From Callorhinchus milii (Eukaryota): 64,000 nucleotides of DNA. The DNA lies in NCBI RefSeq assembly GCF_018977255.1, contig NW_024704771.1:2418001-2482000 (forward strand), in the 5' to 3' direction. The position numbers and the translations under genes were made by a program. Under the pieces are notes generated by a model. The model was not told the origin of the DNA and did not search any database. It saw nothing but the letters and a program-made list of their open reading frames with translations. Of the stretch, positions 12,101 through 25,000 are shown piece after piece. Numbering within the stretch: position 1 is the first letter of the stretch; every line of letters begins with the position of its first letter.

Positions 12101-15100
12101 TCTCGAGACGCGGAGTGAGTTAACGCAGCAGCAAATATCTCGGCGTATCGCTCGAGTTAATTGAAATGTTTAAAAAAGAAGTAAGAATACAAATGAATCG
12201 GCGGCCTTTTTGTCTGATTTACCCAGCGGCTGGGGGTTAACAGGCGTCCGGCTAAAGCGGCTTCCACTGTATTATAATAATAATGCAAGGATTTGATATA
12301 GCGCCTATCAGCGCCTATAGACACCTCAAAGCCCTTCACAGAATATACTGTTAAGTGAATCGACTGTGTACTTTGTGGTGAAAAACAGCAGCCAATTGCG
12401 CACAGCAGCGTCCCACAAACCGTCACGGATTGAAGTGACCAATTATTTTTTGAAGGAATTATTATTGGGAATTATAAGTACTGTGAGACGTCTCGAAGAA
12501 GTGAAAAGCGCTATATCAAATGCAAGGATTATTATTATTATTATTATCCCCGGAAAACTGATCCGTATAATAGTCTAATAACCGGGTTCCTACTTACTCA
12601 TCGGTAAACAGAGACGTGTGGAATAGGGAAACTTGCCCAATATTTCACGCTGTCAGGAATCAAACCCACGTCTCTCGCTTGCGAGGCGAGTGCTCTAACC
12701 ATTGAGCTACAGGACTCTGTGATGTACAATATAAAGTCTCCAGGGATGATCTTAAGGTTAGAATGAACGAATCAACGATGTGTGGGACCGGACCGGAAGC
12801 ACAGAGTGTTTGGAGATGTGAGTGGGTTTGGGAATCTCTGGGAATAGATGTGCGACTCGTGTCTTGGCTGACTGTCTGTGTCTCTCCTCTCCCTCAGTAC
12901 CCGGCCTGCCCCCCTCGCCGGGGGATGTGCTGGTGGATTGCTGGTACATCGAGGAAGGGGGCGGCCAGAGAGGCAGTTTCCCGAAAGCCGTGACTCAGGA
13001 AAAATCCCAACTTCACCTGCGCCGCGTCTCACACAAACCCGGAGCCGAGCAGGACATCCCCGAGCGGGTCTCCCCGAACGCGGACTTGAAACCCGGAATG
13101 CTGTTTGACGTCACAGGTGAGGCCGGTTCTGTCACACGCAGCGACACGTGAGTTCATTGTATTTTGCATGACATCGTCTCGGAGCTGAACTGGCTCCAAG
13201 GTGACGAGCCTAGCAATGGGATGTCGGAATCGAGCCAACCCTGCGTGACGGTATCTCGCCCGGTTCCTGAGCCACGAGGGTCCACAGTATTCCAGGGCAC
13301 TGCTGATGACAGCACAGCCCGGCCTGGCCCAACCAGGACCTGGAAGAGCAGACCAGTCACTGGGGGCAGGGAATCCTCTCACTCAGCTCCTGTTAACCCT
13401 ATAGCCAAAGCCCTATCGGGTCGGGTGGTCCTGGCTGGACAAGCAGCGGGAAAGTTCCCCAGACAGTGATATCCATGGCAAACTGCGTGGTTTTACCTGG
13501 TTAGTCTCCAGCAATTACCCGATGCACACTCTGGGATCCCCCAAGTTCTGGCTCTCGCCAACCTGCGCTGAATCCTCTCTGGGATTAAGTAAACCGGATA
13601 TGTCCCTCCAGGGAGGGAGAGTCTGAATCCCGTTCCAGACACGGGGAGACGGGGAGGCTTCCGCGCGGAGGCTTAAGTGACTCTCAGTCTAGATTGGAGA
13701 CTGCTTAAGTACGGTGATGGGTTTCTGCGTGTGTCTGAATCCGACCTGGTCCCAAAAACTAGTTAACGGAGATTTCTTTTTCGCGTCAATGACTAGATTA
13801 TTGGAACGTGATCTGTGACCCCGGGTTTCGACGCCTTGAGCTGGCGGCCCCGAAGCCTCACTGCGAGATTAACAATTACGTGCCCCAGGATTCCCACGTG
13901 CTGTGGGCTCAGGGCCTGACCCAGGACCAGAAGACCCCGGCCTACGCCTCAGGCTCCTGGTTCTCCTCCGACATCCAGGCGGCCGACGGGAACCTCCGTG
14001 TGGCCAGTGTCCACCGGCTGGTCTCAGCCCCCGGAGAGCCGGGCACCGCCCCACGGAAAACATCAGGTACCGTGGGGGGGGGCGGGGGGGGGCGGGCAAT
14101 AATGTGTGGGCTCCACGCTCCCAGCAACCGCATCCCCATTCACCCGCACATGCACACGCACGCTCACACACAGGCACACGCATGTGCACGTACATACACA
14201 CACACACACACAGTAGGTCAACTCTGACCCCAACCTCCACTGACTCATGTTCCCACTGACTTCAGTTCCTTTGCCTGTATCTCGGTGGTTCTCTCTCTCT
14301 CTCGGCGTCGGCCCGTGTCTCTGTCTGTCTNNNNNNNNNNNNNNNNNNNNNNNNNNNNNNNNNNNNNNNNNNNNNNNNNNNNNNNNNNNNNNNNNNNNNN
14401 NNNNNNNNNNNNNNNNNNNNNNNNNNNNNNNNNNNNNNNNNNNNNNNNNNNNNNNNNNNNNNNNNNNNNNNNNNNNNNNNNNNNNNNNNNNNNNNNNNNN
14501 NNNNNNNNNNNNNNNNNNNNNNNNNNNNNNNNNNNNNNNNNNNNNNNNNNNNNNNNNNNNNNNNNNNNNNNNNNNNNNNNNNNNNNNNNNNNNNNNNNNN
14601 NNNNNNNNNNNNNNNNNNNNNNNNNNNNGTGTAACGTCCTCTCTCCCTGTTGGCAGTGGTGCTGAACGTGTTCACACGCTCTGCGCTGGTGCGCACACGC
14701 CTGGGGGGGGACGTGCTGCTGGACTGTGGATTTACGATGGACAGACAGACGGGCTTCGGGGTGGAGTGGCGTTACCAGTACAAGGGCAGCGGACACCTGG
14801 TCTACGCCTATCACGGACCCCGAGACCAGGTCCACGTGGCCCGGGACGGCACTGAGATGCTCTTCTATGAGCTGCACAGTCAGGGAAACGCGTCACTCCT
14901 CATCCGCAACGTCACTCTGGAGCACGAGGGCACTTACATCTGCACCGTCTACACACCCAACCTCCACACACAGCAGTCAATAGACCTGGAGATCGCAGGT
15001 ACACACCGCCCCCACACACAGCACCGCGCGCACACACACACACACAGCACCGCGCGCACNNNNNNNNNNNNNNNNNNNNNNNNNNNNNNNNNNNNNNNNN

Positions 15101-15582
15101 NNNNNNNNNNNNNNNNNNNNNNNNNNNNNNNNNNNNNNNNNNNNNNNNNNNNNNNNNNNNNNNNNNNNNNNNNNNNNNNNNNNNNNNNNNNNNNNNNNNN
15201 NNNNNNNNNNNNNNNNNNNNNNNNNNNNNNNNNNNNNNNNNNNNNNNNNNNNNNNNNNNNNNNNNNNNNNNNNNNNNNNNNNNNNNNNNNNNNNNNNNNN
15301 NNNNNNNNNNNNNNNNNNNNNNNNNNNNNNNNNNNNNNNNNNNNNNNNNNNNNNNNNNNNNNNNNNNNNNNNNNNNNNNNNNNNNNNNNNNNNNNNNNNN
15401 NNNNNNNNNNNNNNNNNNNNNNNNNNNNNNNNNNNNNNNNNNNNNNNNNNNNNNNNNNNNNNNNNNNACACACAGCACCGCGCGCACACACACACACACA
15501 CAGCACCGCGCGCGCACACACACACAGCACAGCGCGCACACACACACAGCACCGCGCGCACACACACACACACACACAGCAC

Positions 15583-15616
<34 letters not shown>

Positions 15617-16007
15617 GCACCGTGCGCGCACNNNNNNNNNNNNNNNNNNNNNNNNNNNNNNNNNNNNNNNNNNNNNNNNNNNNNNNNNNNNNNNNNNNNN
15701 NNNNNNNNNNNNNNNNNNNNNNNNNNNNNNNNNNNNNNNNNNNNNNNNNNNNNNNNNNNNNNNNNNNNNNNNNNNNNNNNNNNNNNNNNNNNNNNNNNNN
15801 NNNNNNNNNNNNNNNNNNNNNNNNNNNNNNNNNNNNNNNNNNNNNNNNNNNNNNNNNNNNNNNNNNNNNNNNNNNNNNNNNNNNNNNNNNNNNNNNNNNN
15901 NNNNNNNNNNNNNNNNNNNNNNNNNNNNNNNNNNNNNNNNNNCACACAACACCGCGCGCACACACACACACACAGCACCGCGCGCAACACACACACACAC
16001 ACAGCAC

Positions 16008-16039
<32 letters not shown>

Positions 16040-19000
16040 GCACCGCGCGCACACACACACACACACAGCACACAAACACAGACTCTTCACACACAGCACA
16101 ACAAAGACTCCTCACACACACACAGCACAGACTCCTCACACATACACAGACTCCTCACACACATACAGCATCACACACACACACACTGATACCTCACACA
16201 CACAGCAACACACACACAACACACACAGACTCCTCACACACACACACACACACAGACTACTCACACACAGCATATACACACACACACTCAAAGACTTCAC
16301 ACACACAAACTGATGCCTCACACACATACAACACAGTGTGCACATACACACTGACTCCTCACACACACATTCAGCACATCACACACACACACACATACAC
16401 ACTGACTCCTCACACACACATTCAGCACATCACACACACACACACATACACACTGACTCCTCACACACAGATGCACACACTGACTCTTCACACACACACA
16501 CATTGATGCCTCACACACACACAGCACAGTGTCAACCCACACTGACTCCTCACACACACAGCACTACACACACACACTAACTCATCACACACACAGCACC
16601 ACACATACACACACTGACTCCTCACATACACATACAATAACTCCTCACACACACGCACACACAACACACACACATGCACACACTGACTCCTCACACACAC
16701 AGCACCACATGCACACACACACACAAACATACACACTGACTCCTCACACAAACACACACACTGACTCCTCACACAAACACACATACTGACTCCTCACACA
16801 CATACTCACACACACACTGACTCCTCACACACACAGCACCACATGCACACACACACACAAACACACACACTGACTCCTCACACAAACACACATACTGACT
16901 CCTCACACACATACTCACACACACACTGACTCCTCACACACACAGCACCACATGCACACACACACACAAACACACACACTGACTCCTCACACAAACACAC
17001 ATACTGACTCCTCACACACATACTCACACACACACTGACTCCTCACACACACACACACACACACATGCCTCACACACAGCACAGCACAGTAACACACACA
17101 CTGATTCCTCACACACACACTGATTCCTCACACACACAGCACCACACACACACACTAACTCATCACACACACAGCACCACACACACACACACAAACACAC
17201 ACACACTGACTCCTCACACACACACTGACTGCTCACACACACACACACTGACTCCTCACACATACACACACTGACTCCTCACACACACACTCATACACAC
17301 TGACTCCTCACACACACAGATCACACACACATGCCTCACACACAGCACAGCACAATTACACACACACACACACACTGACTCCTCACACACACAGATCACA
17401 CACACATGCCTCACACACAGCACAGCACAATTACACACACACACAGACACACACACTGACTCCTCACATACACAGCACAACACACACACACGCACGCGAC
17501 AACACACACACACGTACAAACACTGACTCCACACACACACCACCACACACACACACTGACTTCTCACACACACACACTGACACCTCACACACACATACAG
17601 CACAGTGCGCGTGCACACACTGACTCCTCACACACACACTCACACACACACTGACTCCTCACACACACACAGAGCAGACACACTGACTCCTCACACAGCA
17701 CAGCACACATACACACACACACTGACTCCTCACACACACATACACACACACACACTAACTCCTCACACACACGCCCACACAACACACACACACTGACTCT
17801 TCACACACACATACACACACATGCAAACACTGACTCCTCACACACACGCCCACACAACACACACACACTGACTCTTCACACACACATACACACACATGCA
17901 AACACTGACTCCTCACACACACGCCCACACAACACACACTGACTCTTCACACACACGCATGCACAACACACACACACACATGCAAATACTGACTCCTCAC
18001 ACACACACACTGACTCCTCACACACAGCACCACACACACACACTCCTCACACACACTAACTCCTCACACACACGCACAACACATGCACGCACACATGCAC
18101 ACACTGACTCCTCACACACACGCACAACACAACACACATGCAAACACTGATTCTTCACACACACACGGATGCCTCACACACACATACAGCACAGTGCGTG
18201 CACACACACTGACTCCTTACACACACACACACACTGACTCCTTACACACACACACACACACAGACTCCTCACACACACACTGACTCCTCACATACACACA
18301 CACTCACACACATATGCACTGACCCCTCACACACACACACACACACAGACTCCTTGCACACACACATGCCTCACACACAGCACACACACACACACAGCAC
18401 ACACAGATATACACACTGATCACACACACACACAGCACACATACACACGCAGCATACACACACAGCACAACACACACAGACATACTCACTGACTCCTCAC
18501 AGACGCATAGCACAACACACGCACGCACACATGCCCACACTGACTCTTCACACACACGCACGCACAACACACACACACATGCAAACACTGACTCGTCACA
18601 CATACACTGACGCCTCACACACACATACAGCACAGTACGCAAACATACACTGACTCCTCATACACACAGCACAGCACACACTCCTCACACACACAGCACC
18701 ACACACACACACTGACTCTTCACACACAGCACCACACACACACACACACACTGACTCCTCACACACACTAACTCCTCACACACACGAACAACACATGCAC
18801 ACATGCAAACACTGATTCTTCACACACACACTGTCGCCTCACACACACATACAGCACAGTGCGTGCACACACACTGACTCATCACACACACACAGCGCAG
18901 TACACACACACACTGACTCTTCACACACACACTCCTCACACACACACAGTGCAGCGTGCACACACACACACACACTGACTCCTCACACACAGCACCGGAC

Positions 19001-22000
19001 GCACACACACATACACACACTGACTCTTCACACACAGCACCGCACACATATACACACACACACACACAAACTGACTCCTCACACACACATACTGCGCACA
19101 CAGCACAGCACGCATATACACACACACAGCACACGCACAAGCACACACTCGTCACTCACAGCACACACACACACAATCCTCACACACAGCATACACACAC
19201 ATACCCTCACTCCTCACATACAGCATAGCACACACCTACGCTCACATACGCACACACACCCACACAGCACCACACAGCACACACAAATACACAGCACACA
19301 CTCAAATACACACACAGCAGACACATACACGCATGCACTCATTCCTCACACACAGCACACACACACAATGCTCACACACAGCACACACACACATACACTC
19401 ACTCCTCACCCACAGCACAGCATACACACATAGACTCACATACACACACTCACATACACCTGCACACACAGCACCACGCAGCACACACACATGCACACAT
19501 ACACAGCACACACTCACAAACACACACAGCACACACATACACACATGCACTCACTCTTCACACAAATCACATACACTCACATACACCAACACGTATAAAC
19601 GCACACATACAGCATGTACACACACTGCTCACACATAACAAACACACACACAGCACACACACTCACTCCTCACACACAGTACACACACAGCACACATATA
19701 CACACAGCACATACACACACACATACACAGCATACACAAACACAGCGCAACACATACACGCACATTCACATACACACACACGCATACATACTCAACACAA
19801 ACATACATACTCACTCCACACACAGCACAACACACGCACATACACACACGCATACATCACACATAAACACATACAGACAGCACAGCACACACACACATAT
19901 ACACACATACACATAGTACACACAGCGCACACACATACATACACACATAGCACACACACATTCACATATACACACACACATAAACCATACATACATACAG
20001 ACACACACACAGACATACATACATACATACATACATACATACAAAGACACACAAAGACACAAATATATACATAGCACAACGCATACACACACACAGTACT
20101 GCACACACACAAAGTAAAGCACACAGAAACACACAGTACAGCACACAGCCACACACGCACACATTACAGCACACACACAGTACAGCATACACAGCACATT
20201 ATAGCACACACCATACATACCGTGTTGNNNNNNNNNNNNNNNNNNNNNNNNNNNNNNNNNNNNNNNNNNNNNNNNNNNNNNNNNNNNNNNNNNNNNNNNN
20301 NNNNNNNNNNNNNNNNNNNNNNNNNNNNNNNNNNNNNNNNNNNNNNNNNNNNNNNNNNNNNNNNNNNNNNNNNNNNNNNNNNNNNNNNNNNNNNNNNNNN
20401 NNNNNNNNNNNNNNNNNNNNNNNNNNNNNNNNNNNNNNNNNNNNNNNNNNNNNNNNNNNNNNNNNNNNNNNNNNNNNNNNNNNNNNNNNNNNNNNNNNNN
20501 NNNNNNNNNNNNNNNNNNNNNNNNNNNNNNNNNNNNNNNNNNNNNNNNNNNNNNNNNNNNNNNNNNNNNNNNNNNNNNNNNNNNNNNNNNNNNNNNNNNN
20601 NNNNNNNNNNNNNNNNNNNNNNNNCCCCGCCCTGTGCTGTATTTGCCCAGAGCCCCCGAAGGTGACCCTGAGCCCTGACCCGCTGTACGCGGTGCCGGGA
20701 GGGGAGGAGAGGCTGAGCTGTGAGATCACCCGGTATTACCCGCTGGACGTCAGTGTCCGGTGGGTGAGGGCGATGCCCGGGGTCGCCAACAGCTCCCAGG
20801 AGGTGAGGAGGTCCTGGCAGAGCGGCCACCACCAGAACCCCGACGGCACCTACAGCATCAGCAGCTACATCCAGATCCAGCCCCAGGCCAGCGATCACGG
20901 AGCCGTCTACACCTGCACCGTCCAACACGTCTCCGTCACGCAACACGTCAGGAAAAGCATCACCTTGAGGGTCGCAGGTAACCGGAGCATTCCGCTACAA
21001 CAACAACAACAGCAACAACCACATCAACCACAACATCAACTACAACCACCACAACAACCACCACAACAACAACATCAACTACAACCACCACAACAACCAC
21101 AACAACCACAACAACCACAACATCAACTACAACCACCACAACAACCACAACAACCACAACAACCACAACATCAACTACAACCACCACAACAACCACAACA
21201 ACAACCACATCAACCACAACATCAACTACAACCACCACAACAACCACCACCACAACAACAGCAAAAACAGCCACAACAATGACCACAACAACAACAGCAA
21301 CAACCACAACAACCACAACATCAACTACAACCATCACAACAACCACAACATCAACTACAACCATCACAACAACCACAACAACAACAACCACATCAACCAC
21401 GAGGTCAACTACAACCATCACAACAACCACCACCACAACAACCACAAAAACAACAACCACATCAACCACAACATCAACTACAACCACCACAACAACCACC
21501 ACCACAACAACCACAACAACAACAACCACATCAACCACAACATCAACTACAACCATCGCAACAACCATCACCACAACAACAGCAATTACAAAAACAACAA
21601 CAACAACCACAACAACAACAACCACCACCACAACAACAGCAAAAACAACCACAACAATGACCACAACCACAACAACCACAACAACCACAACAACCACAAC
21701 AACCACAACAACCACAACAACCACAACAACAGGAAAAACAACCACAACAACAACCACCACCACAACAACAGGAAAAACAACCACAACAATGACCACAACC
21801 ACAACAACAACAACCACCACAACCACAACCACAACAACAGCAACAACAACAACCACAACAGCAACCATCACCATAACAACAACAATCACAAAAACAACAA
21901 CCACAACAACATCAACAACTTTTAACAACATCAATAACATCAGCAACATGAACAACATGAACAACATCAATAACTTCAACAACATTAACAACATCAACAA

Positions 22001-25000
22001 CATCATCAACAACATTAACATTAACGCGTACCTGTAGCACATTTCACATCGGGAGGACGTCCCAAGGCGCTGACAACAACATTATCCTATAACATCAATA
22101 ACAATAATATTATCAACAGTAACACCAACACGGATCACATCATCAACAACAACCACCACCACATCCACAACGACAACACCATCAGTACACTCACACTCAT
22201 ATTAAGGCATTTCATATAGAATAAGGTGAGGAGACATTTTTTCACACAGCGAGTTGTTGGGATCTGGAATGCATGACCTGAAAGGCTGGTGGAAGCCGAT
22301 TCGATAGCAACTTTTAAGAGAGAAGTCGATAATTATTTGGGGAGGACAAGTTTGCAGGGCTATGGGGAGAGAGCGGGAGAGTGGGATCGATTTGGATAGA
22401 TCTTTTCAAAGAGCCGGGACAGACACCATGGGCCGAATGGCCTCCTTCTGTGGGCCATTCGGCCCATGGTGTCTGTGCCAGCTCTTTGAAAAGAGCTATA
22501 TAATTCTATGATTCTAAGGTCTTGGGTTGCCCGTGGCAAGGTTGGACATCAAGCAGGGGGAGGGGAGGGGACTAAGTGACAAGAAGCACAGTCAAAGAGT
22601 TGGGATTTGAAGACAGATAGAGAGGCGGTGAGACAGAGGGGCAGAAGGTAGTGGTTTAATGACTAGCACAGTCATACACAGACACAAAAGGCCAAATAGC
22701 CTCCTTCTATGCTGTGTAATTCTCCGATTCTATGACTGAAGACTCGACCACTAATGGTAGTGTGATGAGGGGAGTGCTGGGGACACACAGCATGCAGTTA
22801 GCAAAGCAGAACTGTGACACTATCACCAGCTTACTTTGGGGTGCCATACGGAGGAAGGGTCTATCCGGAACAGCCCCACCTTTGCACTGTTGTGGATTGT
22901 TTGGAGCACTCGCCTCGCAAGCGCGAGGAACCTGGGTTCAATTCACAGCCGGGGGCGAAACCTGAGGCAAATTTCCTTACCACATACACACACACACACA
23001 CACTAATAATCCTTGCATTTGATATTTGATATAGCCCTTTTTTACGTCTTCTAGACGTCTCAAAGCGCTTCACAGAATATGCTGTAAAGTGAATTGACCG
23101 TATATTTGTGGGTGAAACGCAGCTGCCAATTGCGCACAGCAGCGTCCCCACAAACAGTCGTGGATTGAAAGTGACCAATTTATTATTGTTTTGTTTTTGA
23201 AGGGATTATTATTAGGCTCTGTGTGGAGTAAGGAAACTTGACTACCTGGAATTGAACCCAGGTGTCTCTGAATTGAACCGCTGAGCTCCACGCCCCTCTT
23301 AACCTAGCAGGAAGTGGTAACCCGGTTGTTAGCTGATTGGTGGATCGCTTTCTGGGGATAATAATCCCTTAAAAAAACATAATAAAAAATAATAATTTGG
23401 TCACTTCAATCCACGACTGTTTGTGGGACACCTCTGTGCACAATCGTTGGCCGGGTTTCCCCCACAAAATCTGCAGTCAATTCACTTTACTGTATATTCT
23501 GTGAAGCGCTTTGAGACATCTCAACAATGTGACCAGATGCTATACCATATGCAAGGATTATTATTATTATCACTGGGGGGGAGGGGGGGGTTCTTGAGAG
23601 GGGAGCAATTGGATGTGTATCGGAAGCCGCCCCCCGCGCCCCCAAACCTCTGTTTACACTGAGGGTCTCGGGTTAAGGGATGGAGGGAGGATTATGTCTC
23701 CCAGCATCTCGGGGAAGGCAGGGGAGCATGATAGACCCTCAGACTGACCATCAATGTTGACTCTCTTGCTCTCTCGTTCTCTGTGTCTGTCTCAGGAGCT
23801 GCTGGGCCCTCTATAGAGGATATAATGGGGCTGCTTATTTGTGCCTTTGTCCTTTATGGAGTCCTGAGGCTGATCTTCTGGATCTACAATAAATCAGGTA
23901 AGTGACTCACTCCCCACGTCCATTACTGGATCACAAGGTGGGTTTGATCACCTCCTCTCAGACCTCCTGCTCGCCTGACCTCCCATCCAGCTGCTTCTTA
24001 AACGAGTTCAGCGTCTTGGCCTCAGCCACCGTTCTAAGTCTGCTCGCTCTGCTCAGCGGTCTCCGGCCTGCTGCATGTCCCCCGACCACCTCTCCCCACC
24101 CATCTGCGGTCGGGCCTTCAGTCTCTCTTGCTCCCACCTTTTGGAACACCATTCCACAGTCCTTCTCTTGCCTCCTTCAAGACCCTTCTCAGATCCTCCT
24201 CTTCAACTGTGCTTTCGGTCGCCCACCCACACCCACCCCCACCCTCCCTCCTCCCCGACCTTCCGATCCCAACCACCAGCTCAGGTCCACACCCCTGACA
24301 GCCCGACACCCTGGGATGTCCTCCCGACATGAACAGTGCCGTGGAAATGTAATTTTGTATTGTATTGAATTCCACAATCCTCAACCATAACAAACTCTGC
24401 CCCCACCCCCCGCCCCACCCCCTCCGCCCCCAGTCCTGACCAGGGCCTCACTGGCTCCCTTCACAGAATGGATTGATTTCCTGGATTCTCGCGCTCGCAT
24501 ACAAAGTGGAGTCCTGTAGCTCAGTGGTTAGAGCACTCGCTTTGCAAGTGAGAGAGACCTGAGTTCAATTCCAGGCAGAGGGCGAAACCTTGGGCAAGTT
24601 TCCTTACTCCACACAGAGCCTAATAATAATCCCTCCAAAACCAAAAGCAATAATAAATTGGTCATTTTCAATCTACGACTGTTTGTGGACATTGCTGTGC
24701 GCAATTGGCTGCCGCGTTCGCCCACAAACATACAGTCAATTCACTTTACAGTGTGTTCTGTGAAGCGCTTTGGGACGTCCTCCCGACGTGAAAAGCGCTA
24801 TATCAAATGCAAGGATTATTATTATTATAGGATTATAAAGTGGGAGGGAGAGAAAGTGTAAAGAAAATGTTCATAAATCTCTGTTGTTTTTTGCTTCTAG
24901 TTTATCCTCTGATCTTCGGCTCGGTTCAGCAAGAGAAGGTGAGAAAATAAAACCTCCCAAATATCATCACCGACCATCGGCCCGGAAACCCGATCTCCCC

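Noticed and set aside
14912-20218. Many long His/Thr- or Cys/Val-rich ORFs, including the 618-aa extension of ORF 14650-16506
   Set aside because: They are translations of CA/TG satellites and N runs; only 14657-14998 is coding, bounded by splice sites
20960-22042. Poly-Thr (mucin-like) and poly-Val ORFs as an independent gene or a tapasin stalk exon
   Set aside because: Trinucleotide array open in several frames; no acceptor/donor pair puts the Thr frame in phase between exons 5 and 6
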